Source: Octopus sinensis (lineage: Eukaryota). Taken from it: a stretch of DNA of 64,000 nt. Location: assembly GCF_006345805.1 (NCBI RefSeq), contig NC_043011.1:34112464-34176463 (forward strand). The letters run 5' to 3'. Shown one piece after another: positions 41,248 to 54,935 of the stretch; position 1 is the first letter of the stretch, and every line of letters starts with the position of its first letter. Made by a program: the position numbers and the translations under genes. The notes under the pieces were generated by a model. That model did not search any database and was not told the DNA's origin. It worked only from the letters and a program-made list of their open reading frames with translations.

Positions 41248-42478
41248 TGGAGGACACAAAACACACATAAGAAAGGTGATTGTACAAATACAAATATACG
41301 TATGTGTACACATACATATGTATGTTCGTATACGTATGTATGATGTATGTATGTATGTGCACATACAATGATTAAATCGGTGAGCGAATATTTTAAATCT
41401 ACTTAACACATGTAACTAACCTCTATATGCGCAATGGGAAAATAATAATTAAGAGTGAGTTAGATATTTAGGGAGTGAGGGCCATTTATTTATTTATTTA
41501 TTTATTTTTTACACAAAAACCACATTAAGAACTGATATTTTCTAACATAGATCTTAAAATTTTGGTATGTGTGTGTTACTACAGACCACAACCATAACCA
41601 ACAATTCGTCTCGTTTCTGGACAAGAAGGAACCCCTTTAGAAAACATTAAACCAGGCAGGACCAGTAGCCAAATCTACCTCAAATCACCCCCTTACACTC
41701 TTTGAAAAAAAAAAAAAAAAAACACTGGCTCATTTTTCTAGTAAATCGAATTATTACGAAGAGGTTCCACACAAAACTGTAGTGATGGAAGCTGTTTAAC
41801 CCCAGGTTATTTTGGTCATAGGTATCTGCACCATCAGAATCAATCTGAGAATGAACAAAACAGCAGCAATTAGTGTCGTTTAATAGTTATTTTATTCCGT
41901 CACCAGCCCGCATTAAAAGACGAGAAAAACCGAGGGAGATTTACTAAGGGTGATGTGAAGAGACTAATGTGTCCTATTATTTATTGATATTACACTCGTT
42001 AAATAACTTACATAAGAAGAAAAGGTAAAGATTAGCATAATATATCTATCTCAAACTGGCAATTTACATGTTTGTGTGTATGTGTGTGCATACTTGTGTG
42101 TGTGTGTGTGTGTGTGTTACATCTCAGCTGTAAAAGGTGAACGATCACACGGCATTAGAGTGAAGAAACCACTCAATACATACAAGACCTCTATCGATCA
42201 GTTAAATTTCCCACCACCCAACTCTTTGTTCAAAATCCTAAGCCTACCACAAGAAGCAGCTGACTACAACTCGCGCGCGCGCACACAATATGCAATCGTA
42301 CATACGCACGTACATATACACACATGCATACTTATATATATAATAGTATAAAACTCGGCGCGAGAAGAGAGTTTTTCTTTAAGGGATGTATTTCGAGGTT
42401 TCTCAAAGTAAAAAAATATTTACCAGACGAAACTTCGAAGTAACTCACTTCTCTTGTGTGTGTGTGTGTGTAGCTCAC

Positions 42479-42506
42479 CTGATGCGAAGGAGGGTGTAAC
42501 CTTCAT
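42479..42506 (-). CDS. Candidate alternative first exon MKVTPSFAS (phase 1)
   Basis: ATG at 42506 (in-frame ATG also at 42530), strong donor CAG|gtgagc. Confidence 0.2.
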
Positions 42507-43008
42507 TAAGTATTCGATGTGTGCATACATATATATAAGGCATTCAATTTTATCATAAACAAGCATATCTACATATATACATGCATATATATATATACAT
42601 ACACACGAATACAACTCGACATACACACACACACAGAAAAGAGAGCTGCGAATATAATTAATGCTATTCACAAATCGATAATAAATACATTTTACATTAA
42701 TAAATCAGGTGAGGAATGTAAAAACAAAAAAAACAGCGGGGAATAAAATACTTTAAAATATTCGGAATACAAATAATTACAAAGAGCATACGTAATACAC
42801 ATTATGTATGCCAGTTCTCCTTCGTATATAATTATTTGAATTACATATCTGTGTATAATCGTCCAATTTGAATAATTATATATATATATATATATGGTTT
42901 TACTGGGATCTCCCTTTTAAGTAAAAAGAATAGCCATAACTCTTTGACTGCTATTTCTAAATTCGGTGTGTGGTGAGGCAAATCGTTGCTAAACCCTTAA
43001 TTACTTAG

Positions 43009-43059
<51 letters not shown>

Positions 43060-43315
43060 CTCCCCCCAGACACAACAGTATATACACATACACAGAAGCA
43101 TATATTCATGTGTGTGAGTGTAAAACTCGATTCTTCACTTGTTACATACGTACACACATACATACACAGACCACAATAGGCCCAGTGAGCAGCGAATATA
43201 ATTAATGCCACCTACAGATCGATAATAAATTTTACATTTATAAATAAGGTGAGCTACGGCCTAGAATAGAACATTTAATATCATTATTCAAAATCACAGA
43301 CATCATTCGTATTTC

Positions 43316-43350
<35 letters not shown>

Positions 43351-43828
43351 GATAGATAAATAAATAGATAGATAGACCCGCGTACATTTTTTTATACGTA
43401 TATTCAAATGGGTGGATATAGGTGTGTGTATGTACGTACACACGTGTGTGTGTGTGTGGGGGGGGATTTTTCAAGTTGATAGGCGTATGACATTATAATG
43501 CCGTCTAAATTAAACCTTTTAAGCTTCGTGTCTTGGAATGTGACCCCATCTTACATGTGACCCCATTTTTCCATCACGATCTTTCTATTTAGTTGGCAGC
43601 AGAAGGACCTTGTTCGCGATATCAATACAATAATACATTTATTATTATTATTAGGCGGTGGGTGGCAGAATCGTTGGATTGGCGTGCAAAAAGCTTTGCA
43701 TTATTTAGCTACGTCCCTTATCCGTTACGTGTTGAAATACAAGAGGAATTCCATTTAGTCTTTCAAACTTCCGGGTTCATATCATAAATAGCAATTAAAT
43801 ATCAAGTTCTTGATTAAATAGAATCAAC

Positions 43829-43895
<67 letters not shown>

Positions 43896-43898
43896 AAT

Positions 43899-43986
43899 TG
43901 TTACTCAGAGTTTATGTCCCGTTCGTCGGACAGTTTTGTTTCGAATCAAAACTGTCCGACTAACGGGACATAAACTCTGAGTAACA
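43899..43986. repeat. Near-perfect 88-bp palindrome (40-bp arms) at the end of a probable Penelope-like repeat fragment running to about 44095
   Basis: TGTTACTCAGAGTTTATGTCCCGTTCGTCGGACAGTTTTG-tttcgaat-CAAAACTGTCCGACTAACGGGACATAAACTCTGAGTAACA, one mismatch. Confidence 0.9.
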
Positions 43987-44119
43987 GTTTTTGTGATATT
44001 TTTGCTTGTTTTTTAATAAAGCATATTACTCTACCTCCGGTATTCGAGTACTATTTTCTCCACCTTGTTTCGCATTTATGTGCTTACTCTGGTGTGTGTG
44101 GGTGTGTGTATTATATGTA

Positions 44120-44153
44120 TGTATGTAAGTAGGTAGGTAGGTAGGTAAATAGG

Positions 44154-44245
<92 letters not shown>
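44120..44245. repeat. (GGTA)n-(GATA)n-(GACA)n compound microsatellite
   Basis: Directly visible. Confidence 0.95.
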
Positions 44246-44269
44246 TCACCAAAATCCTATTGTAGTATC

Positions 44270-44660
44270 GGACAAAATGACACGCAGCATCGACTACATT
44301 CTAGGTTCAAACCCGCTTAAGTCGACTTTACATTTCATCCAATCAGCTGAGCATTGGGATCGATGTAATCGACTAGATCCCTCCTCCTCCCCCAATTTGC
44401 AGGCCTTCTGCCTATAGTAAGGAAGATCATCATTATCGTCTAGAGTGGCGAACAGGCAGAACTGCTGGCACGCCGGGTAAAATGCTCAGTGGCATTTCAT
44501 CCGTCTTTACGTTCTAAGTTCAAATTCCGCTGAGGTTGGCTTTGCCTTTCATCTTTTCAGGGCCGATAAAATAAGTACCGGTTGAGTACTGTGGTCGAAG
44601 TAATTGACTAGGCCCCCTACCTCGAAAAAATTTCAGATCTTGTGTCACTAGAGTAGAAAG
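44270..44660 (+). mobile_element. Two tandem SINE family C copies
   Basis: GTCGACTTTACATTTCATCC and GAGTTCAAATTCCGC-like/GGCTTTGCCTTTCATCTTTTCAGGGCCGATAAAATAAGTACC cores. Confidence 0.75.
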
Positions 44661-47450
44661 GATTATTATTATTCTTAAAAAGAAAACTCACAGCTGATCT
44701 GAGCACACCCGAAATTACGTAAGTGTATGAAATGCGCGGGAAATCAATATACATTACAGAATCAACGCTCACAAAGATATCTATAACCGAAAAACCATTT
44801 CTACCATCATACAGATTTACAGATCTACCACACGATAGCAAAAGCGCAATAAATATGTCATTGGGTTTCGATTACCGTTATATAGGCATTTCACTTACGA
44901 ATACTTTACTGCAAAAGTTGTCCGAAAATGCATTAAAATCTTAACTTCCCGTGTCACTAGCCTACACATTTTCCGCCTTTACTGATGTTGCTTTAACCCA
45001 AAATCAGCTGGTTTAGTAGCTTTATGCAATTCCAGTGGTTAATATCAAGTTCCCTCACACACACACACCCGCCAAACAAACATAATGCATCTCGGAAGAC
45101 TTTACGCAGCAAGTCCTTTCTTTCTTAGAAGCTTAGGAGCCGGTGAGGTGTGATGCGAACGAAATCTCGTTGCTGTTTCTAGCGAAACGAGCGAATTTGT
45201 AAAGAGTTCTTCGTTCTGACACAATTTGTGGTAGTGTATGTCTGTGAGTTGACGACTTATTTCGGTTGTATCTCTGCTCGTAACAATTTGTGAACTTCAC
45301 GAACCAATGATGGAGCCTCTATGTAGTCGTTCTAATAGTTAGAAATAACAGCCAAATCCCCTACAAACCACACATTACCATCTTAAAAAAATAAAATGGA
45401 ATAAACACATTGTAGAAGGAAGCCCTAAATACACTCCGTGAAAATAAGCTAGGAAGGTTATGAGTGGAACGCTTTGACAATAGTCGGAGCTAACTAGTGG
45501 GTCTTAAACGATACGGTCTCTTGTTCGAGGACGACAAAATAACTCCTCTGGCTTGATAAGGTCTATTGAAAATAGGTAGAACACACATACACAAACACAC
45601 ACACACAGCAATAAGAGAGAGAAAGCGAGGAAACAAAACTGCAATCATAAAATGAAACGATATTGATCCAACAAATCGATGGGATTAAGTGGGGAGTAAC
45701 ATATTATGTTGTAGCATTCTGAAGGTCACAGAAAAGATATCCAATTAGTGATTAGAAGATAGAATGCGTTAGAGTGATTTTTGTTTCCTTAGAAATGAGC
45801 AAGTCTCGGAGTTTCGAAAGTAAATACAATAATATGCAACAAGAATTCTTTGCCGAAGGCTACAGGCTTCTAACTCCACTTTTCTCCATAGCTATCTTCA
45901 AGGATATGCTTGATTATTGCTACAAAATAGCAACAATCATAATCACAAATGTATGAAACGGTTCAGAGAATGTGTGTAGGAGGAACTGATGTTTGTCCAA
46001 AAAGTGGGGAAGGTGTACGCGATCGCATGACTAACTAGAAACAACCAAATTTCCCTCCCATCTCTATCCAACCGGTTATAATGTGTCTGAATAAAAGACG
46101 AACAGGAATGCTTATATGATCACAGGTTTATTTCGTCATCAGGGCTAAACTGGGGTTAAACAAAATGATGATGGTGGTGATGACAATTTTTTTTCACATT
46201 GGCACAACAAGGTCACAAACCTCTAAGGTGTGACAGAGGATGAAGTGTATTACCGATTGAAATCGGCGTCAATACATGTCTGCTATTCATTTTAGCAAGT
46301 CATCCTGACTCATTCCAAATGCTTCAAAGGCAAAATTCAATTCCTCCCGTGGGATTTGAACTCGGATCCCGAAGTGGACTAAAATATTGCCTGGTATTTA
46401 ATTAATCAATCGCTTCGATCATGTCATGAAACGATGACTACGACGACAACGTCGATGAACCTCTCTCGCAAGTACAATGCATCATTTTACAGAGTAAGGA
46501 GGGGAAGGTGATTAGATGACATTCATACATTTCTCAAAGCATTATTCATTGACGAGAAGGGAAAATAATGGCTAGAATCAGAAAACGAAACGCATATTCG
46601 CCTCACTAGAAATTTGAGTCAGTTTTACTTTTGATTTCGCAGCAAAGACAGAATATATGAGACTAAGTGACATTCATGCTCTTTGCCATCATGTATAGCT
46701 AACAATAACCAATGTGTAGTCCCCTTTGTTTTATATGAAGAATTTGACTGCGATTTCGAACTATCACAGTGCAGCTCCCTCCCGTTTCCTCTCTAGTTGA
46801 GTCCCAAGATCATGTTTGATCGAACCGACATAATCAAAAGCATTCTAATCGTGACCATGTCGTCCTTTATATAAGTATTATTAAGTCAACAACATCTGAC
46901 GCGTCCGTTCCTTTCCAGAAACTGTAAGGTGTGGTTTGAGAGAGGTTTGGCTGCCATATCTAGCAGGTCAGGCGATCACATAGAAGATTTCTCAAGTATA
47001 GCTTCAACCGGCGTACAAATGTCATAGTTATACTAGAACTTGTTTATAAGTTGGTTTTTCTTTTTTTGTATCATTTCTGTAATTGTTTTTTTTTAATCAA
47101 CTTTGGCGTATATAACGTACAATTACTAACTATTAATTAGTAAAACTGTCGCGTTGCCGAATACATGGCTTCTGGATTCGCTTATGCTGAAATGCTAGAG
47201 TTAGCAATAACGTGGGTAAAATTCAAGATATCTTGTCTTTTATTTGCCGGAATATCAAAGCATTGCAAATGAAAAACCACAACCATGATCAACCAATTAT
47301 AATAATGTACTTATATACACATGGAAGACATATATATATATACACACACAAACACACACGACTCATTACAAATAAAATTACATAAATACACACGCAGAAA
47401 TAGAAAATATATTAATTTTCACATATTAAAATAAGGCTAAAATTCCTTAC

Positions 47451-47466
47451 CTTGATATGTTTTCAT
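47451..47466 (-). CDS. Candidate first coding exon MKTYQ (phase 1), preceded by an A-rich UTR-like leader to about 47850
   Basis: acaATG context (A at -3), consensus donor CAAG|gtaagg, located in a CpG-retaining zone. Confidence 0.4.
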
Positions 47467-49765
47467 TGTGATAAAATTTTTGACACAAGAGATATCCTAA
47501 TGCCAAAGTGATTTAAAGTATCATATTTCTATACATATATATTTTAAATTTATATATATATGTACATGTATCGACTGGAATTGCTGTCTTTTTGTTAATT
47601 CAATTTTTGTTTTTTTTTTGTTTTTTGGTTCTTTACGTCGTTTGGTGAAAAATCTGCCACACAATTTACCAAATTTACCGATTTCTATGATGAAACGACG
47701 ATGATTTATGTAACATATATTATTACGACAACGAAAGAAATTGTCAAGGAATTGCTGCGGACTGTTTTTTAGTTTGTTTTTTTTTTGTTTTTTTTTAATG
47801 TCTTGGCTTCACTTTTCTTTTTTTTTTGGTTGTATGGTAAAACTTAGATCACACACAAAATGACAAAATAAATATATAAATGAAAAGATAGTTATCTGGA
47901 ATTTATACTAATTCTGAGGTGCCTACACACAAAACAAAAGCCTTCAATTAGTATCAACGATATTTTAGCTGTTGACTTTTTGTGGATGAGGGGGCAATTG
48001 TTTCAAAGACTGCTGCCAATAATAAACACCCCCCAGAAGAGCATGACAGGGTCACAAACACTATAAGAGAAAAACAGGTTTTCTTTCAAAGGTACCCCCC
48101 TTACGTTGGCATTATTCTACAGTTATTCAGCTTCTTTTTCTTGTTGTGGTTGCAAATAACACTCCTGCAGTAAATAAATACATACATATATCTATGTAAA
48201 TATTTGTTATGTGTGTATATAATATAATATATGTATGATATGTGTGTGTGAAAGCAGCTTTTTTTCCTTCTTCGAACCAAGAAGCCTTATCACAGATTCT
48301 AGACTGAAAATGGAATTCTGGGTAAAGTGGGCGTAACGGCTGTGAGATTTAAAAGCCGCACTTTCGTAAACCATTTCTCCCAACGAGTCAGTTTATTCAA
48401 TCTATATCGTCATTCTAGATTAGTCATGGTCACCCTACGGCCCGGAGGACTTTCTGAATAGCACGCATAACGAAATATTTATTGTCTTCGATTTTATTTT
48501 TAGAGGTACGACTGGCGTAATGATGAGTCGTATCTCATGCGGCTCGCTTCGGGGAAAAAAGTTACCCATGCTTGTTCTAGGATGCTAGAACGGATGGTAG
48601 TAAAATCTCCTCGTTCATATCACTACATTTCATTGCTGCTTTGAAAGGGTTGGGGGAAATGACACTGGATTATTCAAGACTTAATAATCTTTAATGTGGG
48701 AAATGGTCTCGGTTGTAAGGACTTTGGTCATCGGACTTGCAAATTTAGGATTGACCACAAGCCGAACGACAAGGAGTTCCGATGTGGCCATTCGATCGAC
48801 TAGAAATAGCAGCCAAGTTATATCTTGTTGTCTTATAAAAACAAAAACAAAAAAAAGACACACACGAGCCCATGTAGCTCGAGGTGCACTAGGTCTAGAA
48901 CAAAATATGACATGATAGTCATAGCTGGACTGTCTTTGATCATAGACAGTCCAGCTATCTGCTCAGTCAGCACCGACACTGGACTTAACTCTCGACTTAT
49001 ATTTACATTTATTTCATTAATATAAAATTCACTTTCCGTCTGACTTCAATAAGATAGACACATACATACATGTATGCATGAAAGTTGTTTCAATGACTTC
49101 GTTATTTGTCATTGAACACATCGGATTTCTTCAAATAAATACTACAATATAGGTACATTGACAGGTAAAGTTTAGAGTTACAGGTGCAGTAAAACAACTA
49201 GTCCAGCGCGTTTAATGAGGTTTTTCCCGACAATTCTCATCAAAGAAATGTAATTTTTGTCTTTATAGTACAAGGAGTTACGTCCCTTTAGGTTTTCGGT
49301 TCAAATCTCATCGAGGTTGACTTTTGATGATATTAGAGGTACTTGACAACTGTTGGACCAGATCAATACTTCTATATACTCTTTGCCCTAGAAAATGTGT
49401 GACCTTGTGCCAATGTTAGCAATCAATATTTATGATAATTATTTATTTCCATATATCTATATTTTTATTTTTCAGCACAATATTCCACCTTGAATTTGTT
49501 TAGGGAACACGAGTTGTGTGTGTGTGTGCGCGCGCGCGCGTGTTTATAAAGAAGTTAAATAAAGTGACATTAACTGGAGGAAATTAACTGAGAATTCGAA
49601 ACTACTTCAGACAGTCGCTTCAACAATAACTTAACGGCAAACCTCAACGCCTACTACAATTATTGATTAATCTTTTTTTAACTCAGCCACTTCAGACCTT
49701 AGAGGTTTAGAGACATGTGATGTTCCTTTATAAATTTATCTTGAAGCATTTACAACAAGAATGAG

Positions 49766-51510
<1,745 letters not shown>

Positions 51511-52220
51511 TAACACGAACACGTGGTACATGTAAAGTATTAGCAGACGTTCGGGGAAGGAAAGAAAGATGATTTTACGTTTCGAGCAAAGCTCTTCAGA
51601 AACAGGAGATAAAAGTAAGTCCAATAGAAAAGGAAGACGGAGGGGAAAAATCGGCAACGATTCACATGTGGTTACATTTTACATACATACATACATACAT
51701 ACTACATACATACATACATACATACATACATACATACATACATACATACATACATACATACTGATTCGTACAATTGTGAGCGGAACAGTAAAAATATGCA
51801 AGACTTTTCTCAAGTTCCAAATGTAAATTTGTCTGTGTTAATTACATCCCAAAGATGGAGCCTTGTATCTTTGTTGGAAACAAGCTTCCTCCTCAGTGGA
51901 AAATTTATAGAAATTCAAAAAATAGAAGAGACACATACATACCACTTACACAAAGCGAAAGAGGGAACGAGACCATCATATTTTAACAATTACGTATGTG
52001 TAGATAGGTGCAGGAGTGGCTGTGTGGTAAGAAGCTTGCTTCCCGCGCCTGCGTCGGTTTATTCGCTGTGTTGATTTTTGACGAGTTGGACGGAAATTTT
52101 TGTGCTGCTTGGCGGCAGTTTGTCAGTGAGTTTATTACACCGGTGGAAAAAAATGTAATCAGACCTTAGCAAGTATGAGCTGTCCTCAGTGGAGGAGGAG
52201 CTCGTTAAGACGGTAATAGA

Positions 52221-53233
52221 ATGGACGAGCATTTGGAAAGTGTAAAGAGTTTTACTGACGCTGCAGAGGTGAAGAAAGGGGAGGTGGACCTAGCCGGACT
52301 GATGGAGCTGAGTAAGATACAAAAGGTGGGATTAACGTGAAGTTATTACTCCCGAAAAGGGTTATGGAAAAGAAGACTATTACTTACAAGGTGTACTCAG
52401 TGGAGCGTAGGAAGGTGGAGCGGATGGAGATGGAAAAAGTAGAAAAGGCATTGACGGGGCTTTCGAAGGAAGTGATAAACATAGCAAAAGGAAATGGATA
52501 TGGGACGGTGGTTGTCCAGTTTAGGACAGCGGAGGAGGCAAAGAAGTTGGCGAGTACAGCGGTGAGAACGGAGGAAGTGGTACTTCTACCCACGTACCTC
52601 GGAAGAAAGACTTCTAAGGTGAGGGTAGAAGGAATTCCACCCGATATAGAAGTGGCTTGGGTTTAGGCAGCCGTCCTTGCTGGAAGTGTGGAGGAGGTAG
52701 CTGTCCTCCAAGCCACGGAAATGGAGGATGGAGGATGGAGAGGAAAAAACACTGACCCTCATTATACAGGCAGAGGCGAGGCAATTGGAGAGTTTGGCGA
52801 AGATGGTGACGTTGGGAGAGATTGTCTTAAGAGTGTGGGTGGAGGGCAGAATCCTACAATGTTTTAAATGTGGCCAAAAGGGCCACATTAGAGCGCACTG
52901 CCCACGACAGAGGAAAATGACAGAAGAAGCGGTGGTGGAGACGGAGAAAAAGGAAGAAGTACAAACAGATGGAAAGAACAAGGAGGATGAATAGACAGTG
53001 ACAGAGAATAAAAGGAAAAAGAGAAAGAAGAGGAAGAACAGTCACTGTGATGTGGGACCCCAGACCAACTCGATCCCACCCAAGACCACTCAGACCCACC
53101 CTCCCCATACAGACACCAAACCCACCCACCCCTCTCCTCACAGGAAAAAAAAAGAAGAAAGAACACACACCACAAAATTTACAAGAGCCCATCCCCCGGT
53201 GAAAACGGTTACGTGTAGAAACGGTTACGTATA
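52221..53233 (+). pseudogene. ORF1 (gag-like): RRM-like region plus CCHC zinc knuckle, disrupted
   Basis: VVVQFRTAEEAKKL...PTYLGRKTSKVRVEGIPPD, then CFKCGQKGHIRAHC (CX2CX4HX4C) and a basic tail; stops at 52666 and 52994; frameshift at an ATGGAGG triplication near 52720. Confidence 0.75.
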
Positions 53234-53463
53234 GGCGGCGAGCTGGTAGAAACGTTAGCACGCCGGGCGAAATGCTTAGCGGTATTTCGTCTGCGTTACG
53301 TTGTGAGTTCAAATTCCGCCGAGGTCGACTTTGCCTTTCATCCTTTCGGGGTCGATAAATTAAGTACCAGTTACGAACTGGGGTCGATGTAATCGACTTA
53401 ATACCTATGTCTGTCCTTGTTTGTTCCCTCTGTGTCTAGCCCCTTGTGGGTAATAAAGAAATA
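53234..53463 (+). mobile_element. Young full-length SINE family C nested in the ORF1 element
   Basis: GGCGGCGAGCTGG (A-box-like)...GAGTTCAAATTCC (B-box-like)...GTCGACTTTGCCTTTCATCCTTTCGGGGTCGAT; TSD GGTTACGTGTAG at 53207-53218 and 53464-53475. Confidence 0.9.
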
Positions 53464-53927
53464 GGTTACGTGTAGATGGAGGAGAGAGTGTTGTCACTCA
53501 GCGATGGGTAAAACGGTAAACGAAAGACTAGATCAAAGACTAAAGAGGACCCAGGATTCAGAGGTGGCGAGTGATGTTACTCAGTGTGGGGTGAGTAACA
53601 GACTTTTCAAATTCTCATTTCTCAGTTATCATTCATGTATCATTATTTTAATATTTTGATTTTAATGTTTTTCATGTTCATTTTCATGTGTCATTCATAG
53701 CACCATATTTTTATTTTAATTGTTATATGTCCCCCACATGAAGTTGTAGTGTCCCCCTCTATGTAATGTCTTTATGGTAATTTTAAAGAAATAAAGAAGC
53801 TTGCTTCCCAACCACATGATTCCGGGTCCAGTCCCATTGCAGTGGGACCTTAGGCAAATGTCTTCTACTATAGCCTCGGGCAGACCAAAGCCTTGTGAAC
53901 CTGGAAGAAACCCGTCGTATATATATA

Positions 53928-53973
<46 letters not shown>

Positions 53974-54480
53974 CTGTGCTTGTTCCCACCACTATCGCTG
54001 GACAACTGATGGTGTGTTTACGTTCCTATAACTTAGCAGTTCGGCAACAAAATCCCGATAGAATAAGTACTAGGCTTACAAAAAGTAAGTCCTGGGGTCG
54101 ATTTGTTCGACTAAAACCTTTAAGGAGGTGCTCCAGCACGGCCGCTGTCAATTTACTGAAACAAAAGAATAAAAGAATATATTAAGTACAGAAGGAAGGG
54201 AGGTAACTTTAGATTACTCCTTTGATGTCCTAAGGATAGAATGAAAAATCAGTTAAATCGCTTTTCCGAGAACTGATATTTAATTAATATTATCGTTTCT
54301 ATCCTTGTACCAAATAAATACCCAATCAAGCATTGTTAGATATATTCAGATCGATATGGACAGGAAAAATTTCACACTAACTTCCTTTGAAAACGCTTAT
54401 TTTATTTATGGAATTTCCCAACGACGTTTTCAAGAGTAAACATTAGTGCTCCGCAACTGGTATGTCACGGCACACTTGTG

Positions 54481-54922
54481 TGTTACGAGATGATCCTAGG
54501 TGTGTAACCTGAATATAGTTATGTAGTGTGTGCGCGATAGGGTCGTCGACGTGTCAAGACGAGGGAAGACGTTGCTAAGGTTGGGTGAAGCAGCTGCTAT
54601 CTTTAGCGTTCGGGTCGGGGCTGTGTCGAAGGATCCGTTAGCACTGAAGGGTCTCCATCGGAGCGAATATAAAGGCACCTACCTTCTCTTCGCTCCGATG
54701 GAGACCCATCAGTGGTAACGGATCCTTCGACACAGCCTCGACCCGAACGCTAAAGATAGCAGCTGCTTCACCCAACCTTAGCAACGTCTCCCCCCGTCTT
54801 GACACGTCGACGACCCTGGTTCGAAAGGCCGAAATCGCCGCTCACTGCGCGCGCCTCACGGCTCCCCCTTCCGGTTGCTCCAACTTCCGGTCAGCTCACC
54901 CACCTGCTAACGTCATCCCACA
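54481..54922 (-). mobile_element. 3' LTR (442 bp) of a Ty3/gypsy element
   Basis: On the minus strand it begins TGTGGG immediately after a PPT-like AAGATCAGGGTGGCG and ends TAACA; it follows the integrase stop. Confidence 0.8.
54539..54817. repeat. Long inverted repeat: 129-bp arms, 21-nt loop
   Basis: Arms 54539-54667 and 54689-54817, 5 mismatches by manual alignment; loop TATAAAGGCACCTACCTTCTC. Confidence 0.95.
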
Positions 54923-54935
54923 CGCCACCCTGATC

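Larger units (their letters stand above)
52045..53793 (+). mobile_element. Non-LTR retroelement carrying ORF1 only (HAL1-like; L1/Tx1 related)
   Basis: 16-bp TSD AAGAAGCTTGCTTCCC, 5' leader, gag-like ORF1, T-rich 3' UTR ending in AATAAA; no endonuclease or RT sequence. Confidence 0.75.
52005..54180 (+). mobile_element. SINE family A split by a 1.75-kb insertion (head 52005-52044, remainder 53794-54180)
   Basis: Head ends ...GGTAAGAAGCTTGCTTCCC and resumes AAGAAGCTTGCTTCCCAACCACATG; the join matches uninterrupted copies elsewhere in the window. Confidence 0.9.

Noticed and set aside
43947-43986. Possible hammerhead ribozyme in the palindrome arm (CCGACGA...TAAAC on the mirrored arm)
   Set aside because: Core deviates from CUGANGA/GAAA and supporting helices are not evident.
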